Origin: Geosiphon pyriformis uo1
Lineage: Eukaryota; Fungi; Glomeromycota
Reading direction: 5' to 3'
Assembly: GCA_016748015.1 (NCBI GenBank)
Contig: JAAOMT010000109.1
Location: 207,820 to 271,819, forward strand
Length of the DNA stretch: 64,000 bases
Shown here: piece by piece, positions 25,652-38,991 of the stretch
Layout of the letters: each line of letters begins with the position of its first letter
Position numbering within the stretch: the first letter of the stretch is position 1
Made by a program: the position numbers and the translations under genes
The notes under the pieces: generated by a model
Seen by the model: only the letters and a program-made list of their open reading frames with translations
What the model was told of the DNA's origin: nothing
Databases searched by the model: none

Positions 25652-28001
25652 TTATTCAATTCGAATCAATACGTCTTGAGCTACATCAACAATCTCATCA
25701 ACTTGTTGAGGTTCATCCAATTTTTTAACTTCTTGATCTTTTAATAGATTTTTCTCTTCAACATGTACAAATTCCTGATCTATCTTTTTAATTGCTTCTA
25801 GTTGAGCCTGTTGATTAGCTCGATTAATTTCTGCGAAAAAATTCTCAATAACATCTTCCTCTTCATCTGAACTAGGTGATTTTATAACAACGGGCAACGA
25901 TTTTGTTTGATGAGCAGGAACTCTTTCATTCAGTTTATCGGCATTCAAAATCGACAGAGGAGCCGATAATGACTGTCTTTTTCCATCATCAGAAAAGTCG
26001 ATCTGCTGAGAAATAAACTGCCAATCTCGTGTTTCATCTTTTTTGTCGCTTCTTGGTGCCACACGACTAGATCTAATAGATGATTGATCAAGGATTTTGA
26101 GATTTTTGAAGTATGCGCTATCAACCACGTATTCTCGTAAAACGAATTGGAGAGCAGTGTTTTGTTGTTCAAGTTCATGAACACGTATTGAAAGGTTCGA
26201 AATTAATGGGTCTTTGTGTGATCGCATGGATGATGCTCGACTTAATGGTTGATGATTTTTTGGGTCAATGAGCGGAAGTACTTCCAAGGAATCACGGAGA
26301 TGACGTTTAATTGATTTTGAAAGACAACAGCAGTATTTTTGAGCGCAACCCCATGGTCGTACCATATCGGTTCCTATTATAAAGAAATTTAATTTTGTAT
26401 ATTTCATTCCATTGAAACATTAGATAAAACGTAGTGTAAATTAAATACCAAATATCCATGCATAAATAAAAGCTCCAACTACCCAAGCTCCTCCCAGCAA
26501 TGGGATACAACTCAAAATCTAAAAATTGAAATAACAAGATTAAAAATAACTTCTTCGTTTTCTTTGGAACAGTTAATAAATACTCACTGATATCAATCTA
26601 GATTTAAAGAAGTATTCAAAAAAAAGGAATGATTAAAATTTGAGGCTCAAAGAATTTTTAACTGAAATCAGAGCTAATACCTGTGCTCGGTTTCCGTGGT
26701 TTCAATAAAATGCTTTGGTTTCACAGTTATCTTACCCAGCAATTGTAAAGAATCTAGAACTTTATCAGAACTTGAGATCCCAGTGGTTACTTGTAAGATA
26801 ATAGATATCTACTGTTAGCATATATTCTCAATTTTAAACTGAATAAAAACAAAAGTGAGACTAACCAACGGTTGATGTTAAATAAGGTTCTCTTAGCAAC
26901 GGTGTTTGTAAACCAAGTGATTCGAAAAACCCAGGTTGAATGAATTCTCTGATAGTTCTTGTGAAGGAAAACATAGTAATCTAAAAATTGGAAGATTATA
27001 GAAATTAGCGGAATAACAAAAGCTATTCTGCGTTATAATAAAGTAAAACTCAGAGTTAACCTGGCCATTCTACAGATAGCCAGTTATAGGGTTGAAAATC
27101 TTATTAGAATGAGTAATATTAGTGGGAGAAAACGACAAAAAATTCGTAAATATCTACAGTTATTGGAAAAGAATTCATTCCAATGATAGCATTTATCCAA
27201 TTTGAAACATGGTTCGCTTGGAAATCATCTAAATTATACAATGGCTCCCGGTACGGATCAAGTTCTAAAATGGATAAAACATTAAAGTCAATTATTATTA
27301 TTTTTACATTGTTTTGACGGTTGATATCATTTGTTTAACACACCAGGATCAAAAGCCGATACAGTCATTATCAAAGCTGAATCATTCTTTAGGTTCTTGG
27401 GATCGATCAATGTAGAGAATTCTACGGCGTGAAATACCTGTGGATCTGTCACATTTTGTTTGAAAGAAATGTTGTGCATGGAATTGAAGTAACCGACGTA
27501 TGAATTCATTGATTGAATATATCGAGGTTGATAAATATATTTGTTGCATTCTTCTGCTGATTCTGTTTTCGCTCTATTGTCTTGTTCCCAAATTGAAGAT
27601 AATTTGGCAAAATTTATTATGGCGATAGCATTTTATGGAATTGGCCTTGAAGAATCATTTAAACGTACCATCGTACACGAATTGACAAGTAATATTAAAA
27701 TTTACATCTGTTTTAAAATATACATCTGTTTTTCCAAAAATTCCAAAAAGAAAGATTATTAAGCTATCAAAAATGAAGAAGTGGGACAAAGCAAAATGCC
27801 AGAAATACCAGGAATAGGGAGCGAATCCACTGAATTCAAGTGAGACTTTAGAATCGGGTAATCATCGGAGAAATCTAAAATCAGGACTGCGGTATATATT
27901 ACAAACATGAGCAATATAACCAGCATTGCAAAAACGCGTAAGATGATCAATGCGATCGGTTCGCTTCGCCTGTATGGCACAAAAATTAGGTTTGGATGCA
28001 T
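25652..28001 (-). CDS. Multi-exon two-TM membrane protein with large luminal/extracellular loop and cytoplasmic coiled-coil tail
   Basis: TM1 ALIILRVFAMLVILLMFVIYTAVLIL; TM2 ILSCIPLLGGAWVVGAFIYAWIFG (about 26450-26520), then RPWGCAQKYCC and LREYVVD. Several GT-AG introns; internal exon boundaries not all resolved. Confidence 0.75.
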
Positions 28002-30548
28002 TATTGGTCAAGGATCAGGAATTCTGGGTTGTCTTTTTTGGATTATTAATTATCTTTGATGATTGTGTTTTTTTTAATAATTTACTCTTAATCTTTAATA
28101 CCACTGCTGCTATACTTTTAAGACTTGATAGGTCATTTCAAAATTCCGTTTATTCAATGGATACTTCGTTGTCTAGGACTTTTAAAGACAGGTCATGGTA
28201 AAAGCAGCAGTAAAAGAGCTTCGAATTTGCGCATTATTGGCCCCTTTTATCTTTTCAGAAGCAAAGTTTAAATTTTCAATTCATGCAACTTTCATGCTCC
28301 CATGTGCTTCTTTAATAAAAATGGTATCACCTCAATGTGCGAATGCTAGAAAAGATATATTATCATATAAATTTAAATGACCAGTCATGTCTGATACCCT
28401 CGACTGGGTTAGTACATGTAATTAATTGAATCAAAAACAGAAATATAAATGCGATAAAACTTATTCGTACATTTGTTGGCTATGTTAACCAACAGTTACC
28501 TAAAAAGAAATTATTTTGCTAGCTTACCATGTAACATTGAGGGCTGTGAGTGTAACTATTTCAAATTATGAAATTGTTGTACAGTAAAATTTTTGGGAAC
28601 TCGTATTTCACCTGGTCCCTTGCATAAGTAATTTCTGTGTTTTCTTAACGCTTATTTAATCAATAATCGGAAAATCTTAACCATTTTAAGTAGAGAAAAA
28701 TTTTGTCTTATTAAAGAGAGAATTGGTAAAAGTCCACTAGAAATACAAATTGGGGGTCTTTTCTTAGAAATATCAATAAAAGTGTATTCAATCACTGGTA
28801 TGAGGCAATAAACATCTAATTAATACATGCGGATTTAAAGCTGCAAGGCTTAAATATTTTTTCAAATAACTATTCTGAGTGTAAACCGATTTTTAATACA
28901 TTTGGCCAAATGGATCATCTTATTTGGCGGTATCATTGACTTGAAACAAGATAATACTGTTTTCTGCCTCACAAAAATAGTTTTTGAAGTTCAGTAGTGT
29001 AAAATCACAATGAAAGGTTGGAAAAAATGAAAATTCACTGTTCCTGGTTTTTTATATATATATATTAATATTTAATAAATATTTTTTTGTGGATTTTGCA
29101 TAGCATATTTAAAACAATTATAAAAAATTCTCAAATTGAATATCACTGAATTTTTGCTATTTACATAAAAATTAATTTTTACTTGATTTAATATTCATAT
29201 TAATAATTATTATTAATATAAAATTAACTTTATTTTTATTATAAAAATACAATTGACCAAACAATCTCAAAAATTATAATGAATAAAAATTAATATTAAA
29301 TATTAAAGTACAAAATTTTTTTAATTTTAAGTCAAAGCATAAAAAATAATTTAACAAAGAAAACTTTTTAATAAAAATATATCGCTTATAAATTTATAAA
29401 TTTTTTAAATAAACCAATTTACTTAAATTCATATAAAAAATCAAAATAGTTTACCAAAACAATATTTAAAATTAAATCTTAACAAAATAATTTGCATAAA
29501 TTATAAAAACTAAAATTTGATAACAAAACAAATATTTTAAAAAGGTCTATTAATTCATTAACAAAATAACAAATTTTGAAATGAAAAAAACTGTATTCTA
29601 TTTATATTGATATTTATTATGATAATAAATATATAAATTTAAAAAGCCATGTAAAAAAACAATTTTTTAAAAAAAAGAAATATCATCAATTATTGTGCCA
29701 ATTGTATTTTAAGATTTATCAAATATACAATGAACGAATAGATTGCCAAAGATATTATTTATCATAAATATTGCAATAGCAAAATTATAATAAAGGTCTT
29801 TAATGATAGTATAAAACGCATTAATATTAATATTATCTCTTTATCCCTAAATTGAAATAAGCTTATAAAGCTGTACTGCTGTTTTAATAAATTATCTTGT
29901 TTGTTTCATCTATAACTGAGATTAATCACTCTATTTCAGCATCCTCATTAGATTCACATCCAAGAATACAAAAACGTTGCATTTCTTCTTCAAACTGACT
30001 CTCTTCCTATCGCATCAATGTTTCATAATGATTGGCAACTGAGTTATTGATTCCTCAAACTGAGTGATATAAAAATGGTTACACGTATTTAAGAATTCCG
30101 AATCACTTTTCCCAAATACTTCCTGAAAGCTTAGAATATTTGATATTGAGAAAATATTCAAACTCATCTCCAAACAAAAGTGGAAACTGAATCCAGTGGA
30201 GTTTATTTGTCGCAAAAAATGATTCAAGTCACGAGATTTGACAGTCAGGATATCATTTGGGATAAATTTCTACTATCGAGATATGAGAAACTTACTAATC
30301 ATTCAAAATTTTCATTTTTTGAAAAATAAGCTAACATAATAATACGATATTTCGCGATTTCTCCAAGTTAATGTGAGGGGTATCTTAATCCAAACAAACG
30401 CAGAGAAATCATACTCGGGTTTAAGTAATTGAGAAAAAATAAATGTAGTCATATTGCTTCTCCTGCACTCATTTCGAATGTGAGAGAATGTTTTACCTGC
30501 ACCAAATGCGTTTCCCAAATGTCGCATCTCTTAATCACGAAGAGCTCT

Positions 30549-32244
30549 TTATACAATATCAGTGAGACCTGGAAATCCTTTGATGGCTTCTTCTTTCCAA
30601 AAAAGCAAGTCAGTAAGGAACCTTTGAGAAAGATAATTTGCAAAAAATCAGGTTTTGATTGGAAAAAAAGTTCAGGGAAAAGTATGCAAATTAAATGGCA
30701 TACCAAATGTTACCTGCCAGCCCTTCGTAAAGAGACCTGTTTGGGAAGAAGGTTAAGACTGAAAATGTTTAAAATTATCATAGAGAAATTAATGAGACTT
30801 TGAAATGGCAAACTACTAACATAGGTCTATCTGGAAGTCTAAACTGTCCTTGTTCAGTTCTTTCATCCCATTGTGTGCAAACTACCGCAAACTCCACAGC
30901 CCATTGAAGATATTTTTCTTCATGAGTTATTTGATAAAGTGCGAGGAATGGATAAGCGTTTCCAGCAACGCCATGGCAAAGACCAACTCCTTTAAAAATA
31001 ATGCCGTTTAAATGAATAAATTCTGCCGATTTCTTAGCCACTTCCAAATATCTGGGAATTTAATAAAACTTAAATTGGTATACTAACTGGAAAACAGTCA
31101 AATATACATACTAACTTTTCATATTTGTACACCTCATAGGCCTTGCATGCTAAAAGAGCAATACCAGGTGCTCCATGACACCACTGTACTAATTCTTTTG
31201 CACTGCTGTCTCCCAATGAGGTGGGCCAATTGCCATTTTTTGTTTGACAATTGAATAAGACAAAATTGATAGCTCCTTGAATTTTTTGTGAATATTCCTC
31301 AAGTTTTCGTGGAAACTGGAGAAGTATTATTAAAATCCCCGCGGCACCATGGGCTGCACCTATGTAAGCTTTTTGATGCCATGCCCAAAAGAGTGGGGTT
31401 TGGTTCTTCAAGTTCAGCTGTGCTGCCGTTTGTTCACCATCACTAATAATTGCATCATAGACACCATCGATAATGGATTGCCAAATTTGGGTTTTGGTTG
31501 GATCGACAGAGACAGCGATGAATTTCTGGGCGTAGAGAAATCCAGCCCGACCATAAAGTAATTCACTGGGGGTGTGCTTTGAAAAGCAGGCATGACTCAA
31601 GTTTGCTTCGATTAGATTGAGATATCGGTCACAACTTTCTTGATCGCCTACGTGATGCTTGACTATTCCAGAAATTGAGTAGATTAGAATTGAACAAGTA
31701 GTTTGTTGATTAAATTGATCGCTAACCTCTCGCGGCAACAGCATACAATCCAACGGCAGTACATAAAAAGCCACATTTGTGAAGTTCAATATGAGATGGA
31801 ACGCTAGAATCTACAGGGGCGTGGGGATGTTTGGCCAAATATGTAGCTATGGCACTGTCGATATATTCATGCGCGATTGTCAAAGCAGACTTTGGCCCCA
31901 GCATGAAGCCTAAAATAAGAAAATCAACTTGAAATTAAATTAATTTTTTTTATTAGGTACATATATCATTTCAAATTACCTGGGTCACATTCATGTATTT
32001 TCATAAACATGAGAGAAATCCCAGCTTTCCCTAATTTAAATGAAAATGGGTGAATTCTGCATATAGTAAAAATCAAAATTTCGTTCTTACCGAGGTAAAC
32101 ATCCCAGTACTGATAGTGGCTGTTAGGTGGTGCATACTTGTACACCGTTTGACATTGAAGCAATATCGCCTTTTGAAAGGATTGTCGATGCTCAGCAAGG
32201 ATAGCTGGAATATCCTTCCCTTGAAATGCTCTTTGTTGGGCCAT
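30549..32244 (-). CDS. LANCL: LanC-like protein (eukaryotic LANCL/GCR2 family)
   Basis: Motifs DVYLGKAG, ELLYGRAG, YIGAAHG.AG, VQWCHGAPG, GVGLCHGVAGNAYPFL, PDRP.SLYEGLAG and terminal GFPGLTDIV* (stop 30549-30551). The zinc ligands (Cys of WCHG; Cys and His of CHG) are present. Confidence 0.92.
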
Positions 32245-32479
32245 GGAATGTTAAGAAATTTTTTAGAGTTCATTTCTGAGAGAAATTTTGATGTTATATT
32301 ATGTCTGCATATTGATTGATGTAAGGTTTTCATCATAATTCCGTCAACTGTCCATTATCCGCTTTTTAATACACGTCATTTCAATGATCAATTTCGATTT
32401 TGCAATTTTGGTCAAGATTATCAAATTTGATACAAATTTTAAAAATACAATCGGTTTTGATTTTCTAACCACAAACCTG

Positions 32480-34624
32480 ATGTTCTCAAAATTTAATTTC
32501 GCCATATTTTGTCGTTTTTCCAATGGCTCATCAAGAAGTTTGCATTTTGACATCAACATTTGTTCCTCATGGCCATACTCACCCAAGCGGAACCACAATG
32601 AAATTCAACTTGCAGCTTGTCATTATTCAAGTCTGAGACGACCCCATCGTGTTCGTCAGCTTATTCGTAAACCATGGAGATCACAAATAGATATTTTTAG
32701 TTTTCCTCATTCAGGAAAAATTTTAGCAGAAAATGGAAAAACATCTTCAGAAAATTTTGAAAAAGTGGAAGCATCAACGGGGATGCTTTATGATACAGTT
32801 CCTATTAGAGAACCTGAAGGACTGAATGCTTTTCAACGATTAATGTTCACAGTGAAGCGCCAAGCAATTTCCACCTTTATGCCTAAGGGTTATCCAGATT
32901 CCGTGACCAAAGATTATTGGGATTTCACTAAATGGCAAATTTTAAATAAAGTTGCTGGCTCGGTTACCGGTGGTGAGTCTTGGGTAGCCTTTTGATCTAC
33001 ACTTACTTCAATTAATTCAATTTTTTCAGTGTTGTCGATGCAATCATTACTTTTTGCAATGGGTCTTGGAGCGAAATCTGTTCCTGTGAGTTTCGGAATT
33101 TTGCATCACTTTAAAATTAATTAACCCATTTTTTAAAATTTTTTCTAATTTCCTCTTAGCTAGCTGCAGCCTTCAATTGGATCATTAAAGATGGTTTAGG
33201 TCAATTTGGTGGTGTACTCTACGCTGCATTCATTAGCTCTCGGTTCGATTCTGAGCCGAAGCGTTATAGATTCCAAGCATCCCTCTCGATGCAATTAGCC
33301 TGCCTGGTCGAACTTATAACTCCTTTATATCCGCATTTATTTATCTTACTTGCCTCAATTTCTAATATAGGTAGATTCAGTACTTATTGAAAAAACTTTA
33401 TTGCTTTATTGGTTAGAAATGAATTATTGTAAACTAAAACTCAATTAATTACAGGAAAAAATATATGTTGGTTGGCAGGTGCTGCTAGCAGGTACAAAAC
33501 ATTTGATTCTTTCACTTAATTAAAACATGTTCACATATTTATTTTATTCTGAAATAGAGCACAAATGACCAAAACTTTTGCATTGCGTGACAAGTAAGTT
33601 CGTGATTATATAACACTGGTATAAATCTTTGTTTTTATTGTGCTTTACCTTTCTATTTTATTAATCGGCAGTTTAGGGGACATTACCGGGAAATCAAGGT
33701 CACAGGGTACAGCTGCCGGTTTGTTAGGTAACGATCAAATTTGAAATTTTTCACAACAAAACTCATTTAAATGTATTAAATTCTTCAGGCACAGGCATTG
33801 GAATTGCCATAAGTGCCACAATTACCGCGATTTCAACGCCTATTTCTATAATTTCAGCAGCACAGCCAGTAACTTATATATCTCTTGCCTTTGCTCCCTT
33901 TTCGGTTCTGAATGTATACGCTTCCTATAGATCAAACTTATATGTAACAAGTAGCACCCTGAACATTCAGCGCACTGAACTAATACTTGACTATCTTCTC
34001 AGGAAACGATATCTCGAAACAGGTCTTGACGGCTTAATATCCAATTCAAAAGGCACCTCTATATCACAATTAGTTCCAAGTCCGAGAGAAATATCAAGAA
34101 GTGAAACTTTTGTGAAAAGATATCATTCTTTATTCCAAATTCCATTGGTTATGGAACCGACGCTCCATTACTATGTTTCAAAGGAATATTTAGAAGATTT
34201 GCGTTCAGGTCTGCTGCAGGAAGGATTTTTACATCCTGAACAATATTTTATCTTGTATATACCGGAGCATCACCTTTTTGAGAAAATACAGTCTTCTCAA
34301 CCGTCTTTTTCCAAATTACTCAAAGAAATCGAAAATCCCGGTCATAAGCGACATGTAGCCTTGTTGTTTTCCAATAAGGCTACAACAAAAGACATTATTA
34401 AGGGATTCTTGCATGCCTGCATAATACGTTATATCTTAGAACACGATAAATCAATACCTTATGATGATCGAAAAAAAGTTATAGAGGCGATTCAAAAGAC
34501 TCATCAGAATGTTAATCATTCATTTGATAACTTATTGGAAGGTCTCGTGGCTAAAGGGTGGGATATTGAACATTTGTATTTGACAGAAAAAGATGATGAG
34601 CGTAGATTAATCATTGAAGAATGA
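32480..34624 (+). CDS. RUS1: RUS1/RUSF1 (DUF647, root UVB sensitive / vitamin B6 homeostasis) family protein
   Basis: FMPKGYPDSVTKDY..F.KWQ, VLSMQSLLFAMG, AAALNWIIKDGLGQFGG, FDSEPKRYRF, DNLGDITGK..SQ, LNIQRTEL. Multi-exon. An alternative upstream in-frame ATG exists at 32384. Confidence 0.9.
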
Positions 34625-35111
34625 ACTTAAGAAGGATAAGCAAGGAGAATTAAATATCTTTCGCGAAAATTTCAACTACTAATTTTTGAAGAAATTAATT
34701 TATATATGAGGAATAAGGAATTCGGTATCCAAGCTTTTCACCCATTAAATGGATTTAATTTTAAGGGGTTTTGAGTCTACATAAAACTTTGGAATACTTT
34801 TATGAATTTTCTTGTAAGAAGAAAATTTTTGTACACAAATAATTTTACACTGATAGAATCAGTTGTTGGAAATATTTTTATTATTTAAGCTGCTGGATTC
34901 TGTCGGCAGCTACATGTAGAAGCACCTCGTCAGTAATTGTATGCATGTGTCCATGCATTATCAGTTATTGGATTGCTTGCCGGAGTTGAGAAGCGAGTTG
35001 AAGATCAGACGGACGCTTACTACAAATCAATATTTGGCCGAATTTTTTCCTGAGGTTGAATATTTGCATTTGGAATTCTCCTTTGATTTGTTGCTCTCTC
35101 ATCCAAAAACT

Positions 35112-36456
35112 ATGAACAGTTTAATCTTCGAATTCTCAATCTCAAACGTTCATATTACCCCAATCGAAGTGTGGAGCCCGATTTTCTCGACATCAAATGA
35201 CCATTTTTGGCAGTTGAAATTCACATCAGTAAATTGAAGAATTCTGTGAAATAAAAATTTTATATTCTTTAATTACCATATTAATAAATGATTTCGAAAT
35301 TTGCAAATTGTCCTAGAACATAGAAGATGTTCCTCAAACTTGCAGCCTTTCATTGCACAAATCCGCGAAATTCTGGAAGGATACTACTGCATCACCTTCG
35401 ATTCTACGAGAAACTCCTGTGACAATTTTCATAAAGAACCCATTCACTGGAAGCTATATATGGAGGAGTATTTTATCTGCCAAAGGCCTGGCTGGATGTG
35501 AAATTGGAAATGGGTGGGGTAAGTAATTATCGTCGTGTTTCTCAAAAAATATCATGCTAAAGACTTTATATTCATACCAGGACACCAAAAAATTGCGGAA
35601 TACAAATATTTCCCAAATTTAATTTCATACGGTGTTATTTTTGGCCCCATTAGATGTCAACATCCTGGTCGTGAATTCCCACAGTCACTTTTGGATATTT
35701 GGAAAATGGAATTCGAAAAAGAACTTGCTGATGTAGAATTGAACGTTAGCGGAAAAAAATATTTTGCGAGCAGTAGGATATTGATTGACAGATCAGAATA
35801 TTTTAAAAGGATGTTGACTTCGTCTTGGTCAGAATCTAAAAGTGAGCCTTTAGATGACAAACCTCTTGATATTTCATCGCCACAAACTGGATCCAGCATC
35901 GTAACTCCGGATGAAACTTTATGTAATAGCCGCAAGAAATTTACGATTGATGTGACCGATTTTCATCATGAAACTTTTGTCCAGATGTTAGGTTTTTTTT
36001 ATACAAACCAAGTTGTGTTTTCAAAGGAGACGGATTCACCACGAAATTCTTTTGAGGTACTAGCTCAGGCATTTATTTATTTATTTTTATAAATGATACA
36101 ACCTAATACTTCAAATTTCACCCGAAAATTCTTAGACATTTTGCGTAGCTGACAAATATCTTGCAATGGGACTTCGAGAAATCGCCAAGCTTGAAATTCT
36201 TCAAAATATTACTTGCGAGAATGCAAGCTCTATCTTATTCAAAATTGGTAACAAATGGCCAGATCTAAAAGAGCCAGTCTTGAAATTCTTTGTTACGAAT
36301 ATTTCGAAGATACGCAAGACTGCCGAGTTCAAAGAAATTATGGCCAATCCTGATAAATATCCTGGTTCAACATCACTACTAGCCGAATTATTTGTCAAAC
36401 TAATCCAAGAGCCAGATGATTCGGATGTGGCAGAAATAGAATTGAGTTCCTTATAA
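35112..36456 (+). CDS. MATH-like/BTB-POZ protein, paralog 2
   Basis: Exon 1 MNSLIFEFSI..WSPIFSTSNDHFWQLKF; BTB ADVELNVSGKKYFASSRILIDRSEYF..MLGFFYT; ADKYL..KWPDLKE. Confidence 0.85.
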
Positions 36457-37689
36457 TTCGAAACAAGGGATTTATATTGAAAAGAGTCTTCCAATTCCAA
36501 TATTTTATATTTTCGAAATTCAAATAAGGAACATCCACAATACCATTCGTGAAACTTCGTTTACAACACATCAGGACTTTAAGCTTGCTCGATCTTTCAA
36601 ATTTCTTAATATTTTATAGAACGCTGAATTGAAAATAGATGGAGAAAATTTTATTTTCATGTTAAAACACTTCCATTCAGGAGAAACATAAATTTGAATG
36701 TTACGTTTTCAATCTAGAGATCTATTACAATGGGACAATTTTATGCTTTCTCCTTACACTTTTTTCCATGATAAAAAGATTCGTTTTCGGACATTAAAAT
36801 TTATTAAGCGAAGCCAAAGCATTAAACGTCATTTCATCATTCCTCGTTTAAAATTACTTTGACAAAGCATAAGACACAAAATTTGTGAGTCATCAGTTAA
36901 AACTTGAAGAAAATGATGGAGCTATGCGGAATGATTCTGCTTCCATGACTTATCGTAAATCCTCGAAGGATTTACGTATTACTTGAAGACCTTGGAGTTT
37001 ATCTTATTCTAATTTGATCGCTGGACTAATTGACAAAATCCACCTAATCAGTATTCTGCCAAAAAAGTCGAGCAGAAACTTGTAAACTCCCAATTCCTTA
37101 AAGTAAGATCTTTATTTTATTTTTATGGGGGAAAATAAGTTTAAAAATAAAAAGCCAGTAATTAATTGTACGCTTTCGAGGAATTCTCTTAAAGTATAAT
37201 ATCTATTGAGCTCTAAATTTTGTTGAAGACTAGGGCCTAAAGTTCCAAATTTTCTAATAAAATTTATATATCTCTCAATTAGCAACATTTTTGATTCAAA
37301 TAAGTTGTTTTCGGAATTGCAATTTTTTCATTTTTATTTACAGAATTATAATTAACCAAGTTCTTTTTCGGATCTACTTGTGCATATAAAGTCTTTGAAT
37401 AAAAGTGTTTATGTAAACCCTTTTTTTGAAAACTGCATTTGATCCATTGTTTCATAAAGATGTCAAAATATGAGTAAAAGAAAAAGATACTTCCTTTTAA
37501 TTAAATTAATATGTTATAAATTGACACTATACTTTTAGTCAATTATTTGACAAACCTGTTTTGAATGTATACCAATGAATACTGAATTTAATTATTAGAT
37601 TCAAAAAAAATCTTGCTGAAAAAAAATTTCATAGTGAAAGAATAAAAAAAAAGAATTCAGCAATACCTCAGAGGATTTTTTGGTTTAAT

Positions 37690-37810
37690 GAAAGAAATGT
37701 TAAAGAAAGACTCTATAACAACGACAACGACAAATCGCATTCATTCAGGAGTAGTTTATAAAAGTCGTGTTTTAACTTTGCAAATGATCAATTTTTCTAA
37801 AAGTTTATCT
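37690..37810 (+). pseudogene. Short relic of a TKL kinase C-terminal tail
   Basis: Reads KEMLKKDSITTTTTNRIHSGVVYKSRVLTLQMINFSKS, matching KEMLKKDLETTT..VYTSRLLTLQMIDLSKS at 39040-39140 on the opposite strand. Confidence 0.7.
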
Positions 37811-38991
37811 TATTTATAATAATTAACATTAAAAAAATCAAATCTGTAATTTATAAATATAATTTTTAAATGAATATATATATATATATATATATATCAA
37901 TTAATAGTTACTTTTAATTAAATTATAGAGTTTAACACATTTAAAATGTATTTTAAGCATATGATATTTTAAATTATTTATAAATTTATTAAATCCATTT
38001 TTTTCAAATCAAGATCAATTAGCAAATCTTATTTTTATTTGAATTAGACTTTTAAATTAGATATTTGATTAAAAATGTAAATTCAGAAATTAAATTTAAA
38101 AGATTAGCTTAATTGATTGATTGATTGCTTTTTTTTTTAAAAAAAAAATTCATTAAAATCTCAAATAATAAAATTGTTTAAAATATAATTATTGTTTATA
38201 TTATTTCTTTTAAAATTTTTACAATTTATGTTTTTCAATGAAATATTTACTAACATCTTTCATATTTGTTTTTGAATTAAATTGGTAAAAAAAAATGTTT
38301 AAAGCAATAAATCAAAATTTAAAATGAAATAAAATAAAAATTAATTAAGAATTGAAAATTGATTCATGTATTTATTAGTTAGTCGTTTTATAAGAAACTA
38401 AATATATATATATATATGATATTTAATTTCTTATAAAATAAAGCTTTGTGTTAATTAATATAGAGATTATATTTCTCGAGTTTTTGTTTCTTTTAAAAAT
38501 TAATTATTAAACTTGATTCAAATTTAATACCAAAAAATTTTAATGAGATCAAGACTTCCACCACAATTTTTAACTTTCAATTTGAATCGCTTGTTAAAAT
38601 AAACTTTTTTTATTATAATTCCTTCTGAGCTATAGACCATTATTATTTGATGTGAGGGAATACCATTTATAATACATTAATAAAAATATAGCTTAGTATA
38701 TTGAAATGAATGTAATAAATATTGTAACTAATATAATTTAAATTTTGAATTACAATAAAAGCTATCTAGAATATATCCCTTATGAAAATATTAACAAAGT
38801 AATAAAATTAATCTCATTATAGAGTTAACTTACTTATTAATGGAATGGAAAATAAAGATGCCCGATCTATTAAGAGTCGTCTATTATTATAATAATAAAT
38901 AGTAAAATAGCAAAAATATTATAATGTAAAGTACACAATTATATTCAACCTTTTTTTAACTTCTTAACTTTAAATATTAAAGTAAATTAAT

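Noticed and set aside
29900-30530. Coding-like minus-strand stretch (VANHYETLMR*EESQFEE), possibly a BTB/BACK relic
   Set aside because: Similarity too short and broken to support a call.
30549-32244. Lanthipeptide biosynthetic cluster
   Set aside because: Intron-containing stand-alone LanCL; no LanB/LanM/LanKC, precursor peptide or transporter nearby.
36912-36952. SECIS-like ATGA..AA..TGA stem-loop
   Set aside because: Spacing and helix register do not fit the SECIS consensus, and the upstream gene has no in-frame TGA.
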